Positions 33,870 to 45,423 are shown, counted from the stretch's first letter. The stretch is DNA of 64,000 nt from an uncultured Poribacteria bacterium (GCA_951813565.1 OX638351.1:1952001-2016000), one strand, 5' to 3'. Numbers and translations: made by a program. The notes: generated from the letters alone by a model not told the origin.

Positions 33870-34850
33870 ATGATGAAAGCAATTACGAGAAAAGGGGACG
33901 GCGGACCAGAAGTCCTGCAATTAAGCGAAGTGTCTCCTCCTCAACCGACAGAAACGCAACTATTGGTGGATGTGAAAGCAACTGCCCTCAATCGCGCTGA
34001 CTTAATTCAACGGCGCGGCGGCTATCCGCCACCGCCAGGTGAATCCGAAATACTCGGTTTAGAAATTGCTGGCACGGTGTTAGGAATGGGAGCGGCTGTT
34101 ACTGGATTTAACGAAGGCGATCGTGTCTTCGGACTCGTAGGTGGTGGAGGTTATGCGGAACAGGCAGTTATTGATTTTCGCATGGCAATGTTTATGCCAG
34201 ATGAATGGAGTTTTGAAGAAGCTGCTGCCGTTCCAGAGGTGTTTTTTACAGCAAATGAGAATATCTTCACATTAGGACGGCTTTCTGCTGGTGAGACTAT
34301 TCTAATTCATGCAGGTGGAAGTGGGGTTGGCACTGCAGGTATCCAGATAGCGCATCATGTTGGTGCCCGTGTGTTTGTCACCGCAGGTACATCTGACAAA
34401 ATTGACAACTGCAAGGCACTGGGGGCTATAGCAGGCATTAACTATAAACACTCAGATTTTGTTACAGAAATTGAGCGGTTGACAGATGGAGATGGTGTGG
34501 ATGTCGTGTTAGATTTTATTGGGGCGCCATATCTTGCACGGAATCTACAGATTCTCAAAACGAAGGGGCGTCTATTGCAAGTAGGATTGATGGGAGGTTC
34601 GGCTACAGAAATAGACTTAGGAATGGTGATGCGCAAACGGCTGCAAATTATAGGTTCCGTAATGCGTCCGCAATCACTTGATGAAAAAATTTCTATTACG
34701 CAGCGATTTGTAGACCGTTGGTTGCCGGAATTCAAGAAAGGAACACTTCAACCTGTTATCGATTCTGTATACCCTTTAGCCCAAGTTCGTGAAGCACATC
34801 AATATATGGAAGCAAATCGTAATTTTGGTAAGATTATTTTGAAAATATAG
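33870..34850 (+). CDS. NAD(P)H-quinone oxidoreductase, PIG3 family
   Basis: ALNRADL.QR.G.YPPPPG.S.ILGLE, HAGGSGVG, NFGKIIL. Confidence 0.92.
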   Translation: MMKAITRKGDGGPEVLQLSEVSPPQPTETQLLVDVKATALNRADLIQRRGGYPPPPGESEILGLEIAGTVLGMGAAVTGFNEGDRVFGLVGGGGYAEQAVIDFRMAMFMPDEWSFEEAAAVPEVFFTANENIFTLGRLSAGETILIHAGGSGVGTAGIQIAHHVGARVFVTAGTSDKIDNCKALGAIAGINYKHSDFVTEIERLTDGDGVDVVLDFIGAPYLARNLQILKTKGRLLQVGLMGGSATEIDLGMVMRKRLQIIGSVMRPQSLDEKISITQRFVDRWLPEFKKGTLQPVIDSVYPLAQVREAHQYMEANRNFGKIILKI

Positions 34851-35714
34851 TCTGATAGACAGTTACCAACATATTCTTGTAGGCGCGGTTTAAAACCGCG
34901 CCTAATGCAGCATAAAATAAGTGAGGGGTGTGGATAAATAATTCCGATGTTAAATATGCGCTTAAAGGTAGTAGGCACATGCCGCTGAATGCCAAAAGCG
35001 CATTCATAGCGTTGATTTGGTGTGCTGTCCACAAGTTCAAAGAGGCGCAGCATGCCACACGGGGAATGCCATAAGGTATTCGGTCCGTTGATTTGGCGCA
35101 TGCTGCGTTGATTTGGCAATGAATTGCGCGACTACAAACGCATTTCTATAAATCAAGCGGCACCTGGCGTCTGTCCCTGTCTGTGTTGATGCGTCAAATA
35201 TTTATGCACACTCTCAAATAAGTAGAGCGTATCTCATAAATCATTTGTAGGGCGAGGTCTCTGTGCCTCGCCATCTCTCTCATAAGTAGAAACAATGGGC
35301 GGGCACCAAATCAACGGTCCGAATGCCTTTTGGCATTCACCGGGACCCGCCCCTACGATGAATGTAGAACCTGTGTAGGGAACCGTATTTAACGATTTAT
35401 GAGATAGACTGTAGGCATTATTGGAGTTATGGTGTTTGTAGTAGCGCAATTCATTGCGCCTCTTACATGAGTTTGTAGATTGAGTAGAGCAGAGTGTAGC
35501 GAAACCTAATTGCGTGATTTCACATTTTTTGAAGAAAACTAAATCGGTTTGCAACTAAAAATAAAACCATCACATATCATTTCAAAATATACTTTACAGT
35601 CTGTTTTTAAGGTTTTTGATAATGCTTTCAATTGAACATTGGAATGGGAGATTAGTAGTTTTGCGTAAACGCTTTGTGCACGCATTGTTATACGCAATAC
35701 AGCAATTTTTGAAT

Positions 35715-38700
35715 ATGTCTCCCAGAATATCAGTGCGTGCCATGTGTGCGTCCTGTTTTATTTTTTTATCAATTCTGTTTGTTTTTAGTTCTGCTGCAAT
35801 TGCTGAAGTGACCCAAACAACCACTGCAGATGGCATTACTGTAAATTTCAAACTTCCACAACTCCACGTTACGCAAGTCAAACCAGATGCCCAATTTAAA
35901 AGGGCAGGGGCAGGTGGTGTATACCATACGGTGAAATATTCCGACTGCGATTGGATTCGAGAACTGGGTTATCCTAAATTGCCAGTCACACGTGTTCTGT
36001 TGGCTATTCCTTCCGACGCGAAACTGAACAAAGCGGATATTTCTGTTAAAGCAGGTGTCTTACAGACTCGCAGCGGTATTAGACTTCTCCAAAATCAAAA
36101 AGAAACGAACCCTAATACCACAACCAATTTATACCCGACAGTTTTAGCTCGCATTGAGACGGATGGATACATCCGTTCCCAACGTGTCATTAGTTTGGCT
36201 TTACATCCAGTCCAGTATAGTGCTGCAACGCGTGAACTTCACTCTTATAGCAGTCTAACTGTTTTTATCCCTTTTGATTCACAATTGGAAACCCGTGGGG
36301 CAAGTGCAACATTCAATCCTGCACTATCTAACTTGAAGGGGACCCGTTCTCCTTACGAACAGACTTTTGCCCAGCATATTTTTAACTACACGGACTATCG
36401 CAAAGTTTTCAACGTTGATTTGGAAAGATCGCGAACTTTCCGTGCTGGTATGGGTGTTTTCCCATCGGCTCCCGCTGCACCAGGACTTACAGACGAATCA
36501 CTTCAGACCCGTTACAAACTCTATATTGATGAAGCAGGTGTATATAAGATCCCTGCGGCATCTCTCCGTACCGACTGGGGTATTGATCTTATAGGTGTTG
36601 ATCCTCGCAAACTGCGTCTCATGCACGGAGACCAAGAAATTCCTATCTACGTCAGTGGAGCAGTGGATAGAAGTTTTGACGCAGAAGATGCAATCTTTTT
36701 CTTAGCACACAGTTCTACCGATCCCAATAGCCCTTTTCCAAAGAACGCTTATACATTGTGGAATGTTTATTGGCTAAGTGTTGCTACGGAGGGACACCCA
36801 GCGCGTGTGCCACAAATTGAGGCAAGCCCCAGCGATGCAACGGCAGTTCAAGTGCCAACCTTCCGATCACGCGTCGTTTTTGAAGAGGATCATCTCAGTA
36901 ACAACCTTGAATTTGTTGATGCGGACATCGTCGCAGCGGGTGATAAACACAAATGGTTTGATGCTTTAGACTTTTGGTACTGGGACGGTATTAAAAACGC
37001 TAGCGATATCGGAGAACTACGGCTTGCGTTTCCACTTTATGACGTAGCGAAAAGTTTTGATCCACCACAGATACATGTCGTTTTACAAGGTGGCACGCCT
37101 GTAACGCATGAAATCTTGGCATCTATCAATGGGGTTCAGATTGATCGTGTAAAGTGGGAAAGTCAGGCGCAAGTGACTCTTTCAACGGGTCTCCGTGTTT
37201 GGAATAACCTCAAAGATGCGTCACAAGGTGAAACAAACGTTCTATCTCTAACGCGTATTGACGACACTTTTGAAGAGGACACTACCCGCTATCCGTATCA
37301 TATCTACCTCAATCGATTTTGGGTTGACTATACGCGCCTCTTTTTAGCTGTGAACGATCAACTCCGTTTTGGCACTCCTGTCAAGTCAGTCCAAGACAAT
37401 GAAAATAAAGGTGTTACACATCAATTTCGGGTTGATGCGTTCCTTGATCCGCAGATTTCCGTTTTCGAAACAGATGGGAATACGCTTACGGCAAAACTTC
37501 AAGGCGTTGATGTTACACGGCATGTAACCGATAATACCATGCGTGCCCGGCTCAGCGCATTAAATTCTGGAGACTTCAGAGCTGTACCGAATAACACTTA
37601 CACAGCAACTTTTCAGATACCGAATACCCGAACAACCGAGTTTATAGCGGTTTCAGATACTGCTCTTCGGAAGCCTGCTCAGATTGACACCGTTCCACCG
37701 AGCGATTTACGAAGCCCATTGAACGGTGTGGATTACCTCATCTTGACACATGCCAAATTCCGAGATACTGCTGAAAGATTAGCAAATTGGCGTGCAACAG
37801 CAGGCGGTGGTGGATACCGAACTAAAGTTGTTGACGTGGCAGATGTTTACAACACTTTCGGTGATGGAAAAGTTCACCCGATTTGGATAAAAAACTTTTT
37901 GACCTATGCGTACCAAAATTGGGCACCGCCGGCACTTTCATATCTGGTGATCTTTGGCGACGGCACCTACGATTTTCGAGGTATAAATAAAGAAATTTAT
38001 CTTGAACCCCCAGAACTTACAGGTTATATACCGCCTCACTATATTTCAACTGATTCCTTCGGTAGAACTTCTGTAGACCATTGGTACGCCACAGTCTCTG
38101 GACACGATGAATTTGTCGATTTTTATCTCGGCAGAATAAGTGTTGAAACTGAGGCGGAAGCTGATGCTGTTGTTGACAAGATTATCAATTATGAAGCACA
38201 ACGTCCCAACGGTGGATGGCGGCGCCGAATTATTTCCGTTGCCGATGATGAAGTTAGCAATTCCGGTGATCATATCTTTAAAAAGAGTCTTAACGAAATT
38301 GCCAAAGACCATACACGCCTCGGCTATGAAACCGTTGAAATTTATCTTGAAGATGTTATAGATGAAGTTGAAGCGAATCCAGAGGAATTCTCCGGTAGAC
38401 TGCCTCGGCACGTTGCAAAAGACAGAATTATTAATGCTTTAGGTCAGGGTGCTGCCATTGCCCAGTACGCTGGACACGGTGGACGAATCGTCTGGGCACA
38501 CGAAGCTATTTTTGATAATGCCTCTATTGATAAAATTGAAGAGACCGGACATCTTCCTTTTATGTTAGTGTTAAGTTGCTATAACGGCTATTTTGACGAT
38601 CCGGGTGAACCGAGCATGGCAGAAAAACTGCTACGTAAAGAGAGAGGCGGTATCATCGGGATGCTTAGCGCAACGCGCCTCACTTATGGCGATGGTAATG

Positions 38701-41700
38701 AGGAACTGAACCGAATTATCTTTGACATGCTATTCCAACGCGATATACGGCAGCTCGGTCCTCTCAGTTTTGATTCTAAACTTGAGTTCCTTCTGACACA
38801 AGGTACATCGCAGCTTGATATCATGCTTGAATATACACTTTTCGGTGATCCGGCGATGCAGATTGCTATGGCAGACCATGAAATCCTTCCTGTAATTGAG
38901 ACAAAGACGGTCAAAGCAGGCGATAAACTTAAGATCGCCTCCGGATTCATTCAGACTGCACACTACGATACTGAAACGAACAAGAAGGTTTTTACCCGTA
39001 ATACCAGTTTTAATGGGGAATTAACAGTAAAAGTTATTTTTCCCGGACAACAATCTGTTGGTGTTGATAAAACCGGTGCCCCAAGAGAGTTCTACTCCGG
39101 TGATGTTCCTGTAATAGAGACGTTACAAGTGCAAAACGGCAGTTATGATGCTGTTGAAATAGATGTGCCAGAAAATATTTCACCGGGCGATGCACATGTA
39201 GAGTATTATGCAGAAAACGCAACCGAAATTGCTGTTGGCGGCGACGGTTTCACTGTTGAGGTGCCGAAAATACTTGACATAAAACAGCAATTGATTACGA
39301 CCTCAGACGGAGAGGAGATGATTGATATCTCTGTAAACATTTCTGATGATGAAAAGATGGTTGATTCCGTTGTGTTAGAGTGGCGAAATCCGGAAACTCA
39401 CACGTGGGAAAAGGTTGACCTTGAAATAGATACTGAATCAACATCTCCTTTAGTGTCTACAGCAAGGTGGTGGAAACTTCCTGAACCTTTACCAGTCCCA
39501 ACTGATGGTTCCGCTTTTCGATATGATATTCAGATTACGGATATGGATGGGTTTGTTGTAAATTCCGATTATTACCGATTCTATCCATATATGTATCCTA
39601 ATCTTTCAGTGGTTTATAAGCGTAGAGAAAGTGTCGGACAGATCAGTTATAATTTGGGTGATCCAAAAGATGCTGCACAGGGACGCTTTTTGTCTGTTGA
39701 TGTTGAAGTTGTAGGTTCCACTAATTCTAACGATAATGCTGTTTCTGACAACGATCTGATATCCGAATTCGGACTTTCTGATATTAATGTAGAAGTAGCC
39801 TTTTTTAGCGGAAATCCAGATATAGATGACAATGGTATTATTGACACTGATGCTAATCTGCTTGGCAGAACGGAAATAAAACCGGACGATTGGGTTGTGC
39901 GCAATCCGCTACATCAAGGGGGTGGTGCGTATACACCTGATCCACTCAATATCAATCCTATTGCGACTGCCGCTATCCCAATATCTTTGCGCAGCGGCAT
40001 ACACGACGTGTTTGTCTATGTTGATCCGATTTTTAGCGAGGCGGAACAACCCGGAAAAGTTCTTGAAAATTATGAGCAAGATAATATTGGGTATAAACAA
40101 CTCACTATTTCCGGCAATATCATCGGGGAAGTGCCAACACGAAGCACTAGTGCTGATGGCGGCATCCGCATAATAACACCAGCAGGTGTAGTCGCGAATA
40201 AGTCTTCACTTCTTACTGTTTTGCCAATAGTTCCAGATACTGTGGACGCTGATTATGCCTATTTTATTGGTGGCACAGGAGAGGTGCGAAGCACTAAAAC
40301 AAAATCACCGCTTCCTATTATTGGAAGTGAACAAAAAGGCAATATTAAAACAGGGATGCTTTTTCCGGTAATGTTCCCAACACATCCATCTCTACTCGGT
40401 TATACATTGCACCTAAACGAAACAGAATCTGATGACCTATGGAATGCCTTTACACTCCAGGCACCAGTTGCCGTTGAACTTGATTTTGATTGGACAGCAC
40501 TGCAACAGGAGGTGATGCGGGAGCTTTTTGGTAGTGGGACGGATGTGTCAACTGATATGTCTGTTATAGAGGAAACCCTTAGTGCTGCTGTTGAGGAACG
40601 AGCGCGTAATATCGGTGCATATCTGTGGCTTGATGCTTTGTCTAACTGGACACGGCTTGATTCTGAAATCAAAAGACATCCAAATGGTGGTATCCATACA
40701 GCTACCCGTGCCACCCAAATTCGGAACGATAACACCAGTGATAGGAGAATTAAAGATGTAAATATCCCATCAGAGGGCGCTAACATAGGTGTCTGGATAA
40801 TCCTTTTTGAGACTGCACAGACCTACCGTCTTCTCTTTATACCCGGCGATCCTTCAGAGGTGACGACATTAGATAATCGCCAATTAGAAGAGATTGCGAG
40901 AGGGATACCGCTTAGATCTTTTACGCATGCAGGCATAACTTCCACTGCAGCTGTGCCTGAATTTACTTTTGATATCGAAGAGGGGGACACCTCTTTTCAA
41001 TTCGGTGATATTTTACGTTTCAGCGTCACGCAACTTGAAGTACCGGGTGAGGTGGGGAGTTCTCAATTTTACGCGTCATCTTTTATCAGCGGAAACAGAG
41101 GAGATGGGACAATTCAATATCTTGATTTGAGTCCAGAGACAACAATTCCACTGGATACTTGGCTTATCATGTTTGTTTCTCCAACGCAGTTTCAGATTGA
41201 AGGGAGAAACAGTGGAGTCTTGACGAAGGATGGAGTGCCAATATACGGGACAGTCGGTAAGCCTTTTGAATATAGTGATTATGGGTTGAATCTATTGATA
41301 ACACAAGGTCCTATCCCTTTTATTGTCAGTGATCGGTTCTTGTTTGAAACGTCTAAGGTGGGAACAATTCAAGCAAAAACTTCATATTTAGGCACAGTTA
41401 CTTGCCTGCGAAGCGAGGATAAAGTGCCTCCAGACATACAATTAACCATTGGCAACCAGCAACATTTTACTTCTGGTGCCCCAGTTGATGCCAAGCCACT
41501 TATCCAGGCAACGCTCACTGATGCGCGCGGTATTGATTACGTCACGCGTCCTGTTCAACTCGCTTTGGGAAGGTTTGGAGAATTTGAAACTATCTCCGAA
41601 ACCGAGTACAAACTCATACAGCATCCAAGTTCTACGCAATTGGTATTGACGTATAATTCTCCTGAACTTGAACCTCGCGAATATCAACTCCGACTCACGG

Positions 41701-42056
41701 CGAGTGATCTTGATGGAAATGAGGGAGAGAGTGAGATTACTTTTCAGGTGCATGGCAAACTCCAACTGATAGAACCCTTGAATTATCCGAATCCGTTTAC
41801 ACGGGATACCACAGTGACATGTGAATTAACAACGCCTGCTGAGTCGCTCACTGTCAAAATTTACACCCTTACCGGAAGGCTTATCCGACAACTTGAAACT
41901 GAGGCACCAGCAGGGTTTATACAACTTAAGTGGGATGGCAAAGATGATGAAGGTAGCGAAGTTGCTAACGGAGTCTACTATGGAAAAATTATTGTTAAAA
42001 GCCTTGATGATGAAGATGACCAGACCCACATTCTGAAAATGATGAAATTGAAATAG
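35715..42056 (+). CDS. porU: PorU-like C25 (gingipain-family) cysteine peptidase/sortase with C-terminal FlgD-Ig/T9SS-CTD-like domain
   Basis: Signal peptide, C25 propeptide-like N-terminus, FGDGTYDF, catalytic AGHGG and LSCYNG, LFGDP, C-terminal NYPNPF..IYTLTGRLI..WDG..ANGVY. Start uncertain. Confidence 0.75.
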   Translation: MSPRISVRAMCASCFIFLSILFVFSSAAIAEVTQTTTADGITVNFKLPQLHVTQVKPDAQFKRAGAGGVYHTVKYSDCDWIRELGYPKLPVTRVLLAIPSDAKLNKADISVKAGVLQTRSGIRLLQNQKETNPNTTTNLYPTVLARIETDGYIRSQRVISLALHPVQYSAATRELHSYSSLTVFIPFDSQLETRGASATFNPALSNLKGTRSPYEQTFAQHIFNYTDYRKVFNVDLERSRTFRAGMGVFPSAPAAPGLTDESLQTRYKLYIDEAGVYKIPAASLRTDWGIDLIGVDPRKLRLMHGDQEIPIYVSGAVDRSFDAEDAIFFLAHSSTDPNSPFPKNAYTLWNVYWLSVATEGHPARVPQIEASPSDATAVQVPTFRSRVVFEEDHLSNNLEFVDADIVAAGDKHKWFDALDFWYWDGIKNASDIGELRLAFPLYDVAKSFDPPQIHVVLQGGTPVTHEILASINGVQIDRVKWESQAQVTLSTGLRVWNNLKDASQGETNVLSLTRIDDTFEEDTTRYPYHIYLNRFWVDYTRLFLAVNDQLRFGTPVKSVQDNENKGVTHQFRVDAFLDPQISVFETDGNTLTAKLQGVDVTRHVTDNTMRARLSALNSGDFRAVPNNTYTATFQIPNTRTTEFIAVSDTALRKPAQIDTVPPSDLRSPLNGVDYLILTHAKFRDTAERLANWRATAGGGGYRTKVVDVADVYNTFGDGKVHPIWIKNFLTYAYQNWAPPALSYLVIFGDGTYDFRGINKEIYLEPPELTGYIPPHYISTDSFGRTSVDHWYATVSGHDEFVDFYLGRISVETEAEADAVVDKIINYEAQRPNGGWRRRIISVADDEVSNSGDHIFKKSLNEIAKDHTRLGYETVEIYLEDVIDEVEANPEEFSGRLPRHVAKDRIINALGQGAAIAQYAGHGGRIVWAHEAIFDNASIDKIEETGHLPFMLVLSCYNGYFDDPGEPSMAEKLLRKERGGIIGMLSATRLTYGDGNEELNRIIFDMLFQRDIRQLGPLSFDSKLEFLLTQGTSQLDIMLEYTLFGDPAMQIAMADHEILPVIETKTVKAGDKLKIASGFIQTAHYDTETNKKVFTRNTSFNGELTVKVIFPGQQSVGVDKTGAPREFYSGDVPVIETLQVQNGSYDAVEIDVPENISPGDAHVEYYAENATEIAVGGDGFTVEVPKILDIKQQLITTSDGEEMIDISVNISDDEKMVDSVVLEWRNPETHTWEKVDLEIDTESTSPLVSTARWWKLPEPLPVPTDGSAFRYDIQITDMDGFVVNSDYYRFYPYMYPNLSVVYKRRESVGQISYNLGDPKDAAQGRFLSVDVEVVGSTNSNDNAVSDNDLISEFGLSDINVEVAFFSGNPDIDDNGIIDTDANLLGRTEIKPDDWVVRNPLHQGGGAYTPDPLNINPIATAAIPISLRSGIHDVFVYVDPIFSEAEQPGKVLENYEQDNIGYKQLTISGNIIGEVPTRSTSADGGIRIITPAGVVANKSSLLTVLPIVPDTVDADYAYFIGGTGEVRSTKTKSPLPIIGSEQKGNIKTGMLFPVMFPTHPSLLGYTLHLNETESDDLWNAFTLQAPVAVELDFDWTALQQEVMRELFGSGTDVSTDMSVIEETLSAAVEERARNIGAYLWLDALSNWTRLDSEIKRHPNGGIHTATRATQIRNDNTSDRRIKDVNIPSEGANIGVWIILFETAQTYRLLFIPGDPSEVTTLDNRQLEEIARGIPLRSFTHAGITSTAAVPEFTFDIEEGDTSFQFGDILRFSVTQLEVPGEVGSSQFYASSFISGNRGDGTIQYLDLSPETTIPLDTWLIMFVSPTQFQIEGRNSGVLTKDGVPIYGTVGKPFEYSDYGLNLLITQGPIPFIVSDRFLFETSKVGTIQAKTSYLGTVTCLRSEDKVPPDIQLTIGNQQHFTSGAPVDAKPLIQATLTDARGIDYVTRPVQLALGRFGEFETISETEYKLIQHPSSTQLVLTYNSPELEPREYQLRLTASDLDGNEGESEITFQVHGKLQLIEPLNYPNPFTRDTTVTCELTTPAESLTVKIYTLTGRLIRQLETEAPAGFIQLKWDGKDDEGSEVANGVYYGKIIVKSLDDEDDQTHILKMMKLK

Positions 42057-42117
42057 CTGATGGTAGGCAGCATCCTGATAACCGACAACTAATACCAAAT
42101 TCATTTGATTCATCGTC

Positions 42118-42195
42118 TTTACATACCGCTCCGCTGGAGCGGAAGACAGAAAACTCCACGTGCTATAAACATACCGCTCCGCTGGAGCGGAAGAG
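42118..42195. repeat. Two copies of REP-like hairpin ACATACCGCTCCGCTGGAGCGGAAGA
   Basis: Direct repeat of a palindromic unit, related to CTATAAACATATCGTCCCTAC units at 264 and 444. Confidence 0.7.
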
Positions 42196-42557
42196 TAGAA
42201 AAAACACTGGAAAAACAAGACGAATTACGTTAATTTGGTATAACAACTGACAACCGACTTATGAAAAAAGAAAATATCGTAGGGAATCAACGCTGAATAC
42301 GCTTTTGGCATTAGCGAGCAGAACAACGTGAAACCTATTTTAGGAATATTCACGTTCGTAGTCGCGCAATTCATTGCCAAATCAACGCCAAATACGCGTA
42401 TGGTATTTGTCGCCTCGGACATTCTGTAGGAGCGTCCTCCTGGTCGCGACATATTACGAATGGTCGCTCCCGCCGAATACCACAAGCGTATTCGGCGTTG
42501 ATTCACAAGAAGAAAATCGGGCTTATAAGCCCTCCAACGAGAAAATTAGATACTCTT

Positions 42558-43562
42558 ATGAGAAAAGTTTTTATTATATTTATTCTTTTTATATTCGTAA
42601 TACTACCTGCTGCAGCTGAACGAACGTATACAGCGGATTTTCTTACATTTGGAACGGGGGCGCGTCCGTTAGGTATGGGTAACGCCTTTACCGCTATCGC
42701 TGATGAGGCAAGCACCACTTACTATAATCCTGCTGGCATTGCACAGTTGACGCATCATGAATTTAATTTTATGCACGCCACGCTTGCGGACCTCGCTGCG
42801 TATGACGTGGCAAGTTATATCTACCCGTTTTCTCCCAAAATGACTTTCGGCATCAGTTGGCTCCGTGTCGGTGTAGACGACATCCCGATTACAGGCATTC
42901 CGGTTACCACCAGAGCAATTGGTCCTAATAATCGTCCTTATGTCATTGGCACTTTTAGCAATACAAGTAATGCTGTGCTGCTGAGTGGCGCACGGCATCT
43001 CACCACTTTACCACGGGATGTCTCCATCCATCTCGGTGCCAGCCTCAAGTTGATCTATATCGCAGCATATCGTAATACCAACGCCATTGGTGGTGGCAGT
43101 GATCTCGGTATTCTTGCAAAAACTAACGAAGATAAATCATCTGCTTTCTCCTTCGGTGTCGTAGCGAGTGATTTCCTTACAACTAAACTCTATTGGAATA
43201 CAGTGCCGGAAAACGAAGGTGAATCGCCTCACACAGAGACACTATTGCCGCGCCTCAAAATAGGTATTGCCTACCATCAGAAACTTGCTATTTTTAACAG
43301 TAAACTCACCTTAGCAGCTGATGTGGACACCCGCAACGACTATGAATTTCACACCGGGGCAGAATACGTTCTCTTTGAACTGTTAGCACTCCGCTGTGGG
43401 TTTGATGGACGAAACGGCACGTCCCGCGCGATGTACTTTACCGCTGGTGCTGGGATCCAACTCCGCTTCGTTACTGGTGCTGCATTTCATGTCGACTATG
43501 CCTATCAAAGACAACCAGATTTAGGCATCAGCAACCGCCTCTCCCTCCGCGTTAGATTTTAA
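42558..43562 (+). CDS. porV: PorV/PorQ-family outer-membrane barrel
   Basis: FL..GARPLGMGNAF.AIAD...YYNPAG signature, GAEY..LRCG, VDYAY, terminal Phe. Follows the PorU-like gene. Confidence 0.75.
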   Translation: MRKVFIIFILFIFVILPAAAERTYTADFLTFGTGARPLGMGNAFTAIADEASTTYYNPAGIAQLTHHEFNFMHATLADLAAYDVASYIYPFSPKMTFGISWLRVGVDDIPITGIPVTTRAIGPNNRPYVIGTFSNTSNAVLLSGARHLTTLPRDVSIHLGASLKLIYIAAYRNTNAIGGGSDLGILAKTNEDKSSAFSFGVVASDFLTTKLYWNTVPENEGESPHTETLLPRLKIGIAYHQKLAIFNSKLTLAADVDTRNDYEFHTGAEYVLFELLALRCGFDGRNGTSRAMYFTAGAGIQLRFVTGAAFHVDYAYQRQPDLGISNRLSLRVRF

Positions 43563-43829
43563 GCGTGTGGTACCCTATTACAGTAAAATCCATAATTATT
43601 TATACACTACGGTAGGTGCGGTTTCCTAACCGCACCTAATGCCGAGAAAATAAGATAAATCCCGTTAATTTGGTATAACATGTATGTTAAACATTATGAT
43701 AGACAAGTATAGATGTGAAAAAGATGGAAAGGTATATAATCTTGTTTTCTTAGTGCAGTTATGATGTGAAAAAGGCAGGTAAATCAATGTTTCCTGCCTT
43801 TTGAATGTGCATTGCTGCTTGCCCTTATT

Positions 43830-44402
43830 TTACTCTTGTAACTCTCCGTTGATATAGACATCCGAATGACTGTCATTAGTTTGGGATGAAGAACTATGTC
43901 TATTATTGAGGACGACATATAGTGGATCTGACCAAACAGAACCACTTGCCTGACAATCGGAAATTGTGTCTGCAGGAGCGAGGTGTCCAAACCCGGTAAG
44001 GTATGTATTGAAATTATCACTAAAGTCACCATTTCTACTACCACCGCCTTGGTCTGGATTTGGCCGAGGTGTTGCTGTCACCCAATCATGAGCCAGGTGT
44101 GCGCTACCCCAGGACTCCCAAACATCGTGATCATCTGAGTTTTCTGCACCGAGTTCTACCCATGTGTATAGCAGATGCTGAGATGCTGACGCAGAACTTT
44201 TGCTATATGCTGGTCCATCAGAATCTTCACCAGATCGCGAAATTGACACGTAGAAATCAGGGTTATCTGGGTCAGACCATTTACGTTCTTCATCCGTATC
44301 TCGATTGTGCCATCTACCATCAACTGGGCCGCGGAGAGAAAAACTGATAGAGACAATACTAAAAACCATCGCGAGAATTAACAAAGCGGAAAACTTTTTC
44401 AT
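43830..44402 (-). CDS. Secreted hypothetical protein (S/D-rich)
   Basis: Signal peptide, RBS GGAGG, ATGA overlap with the upstream gene. Confidence 0.75.
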   Translation of the reverse strand: MKKFSALLILAMVFSIVSISFSLRGPVDGRWHNRDTDEERKWSDPDNPDFYVSISRSGEDSDGPAYSKSSASASQHLLYTWVELGAENSDDHDVWESWGSAHLAHDWVTATPRPNPDQGGGSRNGDFSDNFNTYLTGFGHLAPADTISDCQASGSVWSDPLYVVLNNRHSSSSQTNDSHSDVYINGELQE

Positions 44403-45184
44403 TTCAATTCCTCCTTTAGGAATTCATAAGGGTCAATGCCCTCAGAGTGTTCCAAAACTGTAATATGTGATGGAATATTCCGTTTAAATACAATGTGTTT
44501 CGGGACAAAAATATCAGAAAATCCGGACAGTCCTCGCGGTAGTAAATCAAGCGTGTTTGGATGTCCCGACAGGCGTTGTGCGACTTTTTCCACGCTGCCA
44601 TCCGGTAGAGTGAAATCACTCCATGTGACATAGATAGTCCCGCGAATAGTGGGATAAACCAAACCGGTGTCATAATTTATTCCTATGCCTTCAGTACGTA
44701 TACCTTGTTGCCACAACTTAACATCAACTCGCATCATTAGTTCTTGACTTTTAGACAGTGGCTTATCAAAGATATTCGGTGCTCGGTATCCTGATGGAAT
44801 TTCAGGATAGGGCCCGAATCCGTGCGGTGAAACACGCACATCAACAGTTTCTTGTGATTGTGTAGATGTGTTTGTTTCTACTGGGTCTATACCATCTACC
44901 AGAGGATCAGACATTCCTGTTGTATCATCTGTGGAAACCGCCGTATTTTCCGTAGAGCCAACCGTTTGTGTTGTGCCTACCTGTTTGGTTGTTCTGTCAG
45001 TGTCCCGTGCTTTTTTTGACTGCTCCCATTGCCGTACCTGCTCGGCGGTTTCCGCTGCTTGTTGTCGGTCCGGTGCAAGACTGTACTGGTACCACAAATA
45101 GCACAAGTAACACAATCCCGCTATAACGAGTATAGTTCCGATACTTCCAAGTATCCATTTAAGAGTATCAGTATTGCGGTTCAT
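44399..45184 (-). CDS. Membrane-anchored hypothetical protein
   Basis: N-terminal TM helix, T/S/Q-rich linker, VSPHGFGPYPEIP..GIDPYEFL domain. Confidence 0.75.
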   Translation of the reverse strand: MNRNTDTLKWILGSIGTILVIAGLCYLCYLWYQYSLAPDRQQAAETAEQVRQWEQSKKARDTDRTTKQVGTTQTVGSTENTAVSTDDTTGMSDPLVDGIDPVETNTSTQSQETVDVRVSPHGFGPYPEIPSGYRAPNIFDKPLSKSQELMMRVDVKLWQQGIRTEGIGINYDTGLVYPTIRGTIYVTWSDFTLPDGSVEKVAQRLSGHPNTLDLLPRGLSGFSDIFVPKHIVFKRNIPSHITVLEHSEGIDPYEFLKEELK

Positions 45185-45423
45185 CTTTACCTTCCGAGTG
45201 TTATAGCAAGTACATGCAACATGCAGTTGTGTCTACAATTAAAGGTTTTGTTCAAGAAATGCGATTACAGCGTACGGAAAAACCTTTCAACCGCCGCTAC
45301 AAGCGATTGTTAAAATAATATCAAATTTGCAAAAAAAAAAATCAAACAAAAATTATAAAAATTTCTGTCACACTGTTTCAGCGAGTATATCCGCATAAAA
45401 TCAAAATGAAAACCAACAGCCAT

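Noticed and set aside
42225..42619. Short ORFs sharing peptides like MPNQRQIR / FGVDLAM (also 15822-16103, 26229-26453, 34799-35119, 35234-35554)
   Set aside because: Translations of the non-coding hairpin and REP repeats, in inconsistent frames and without RBS.
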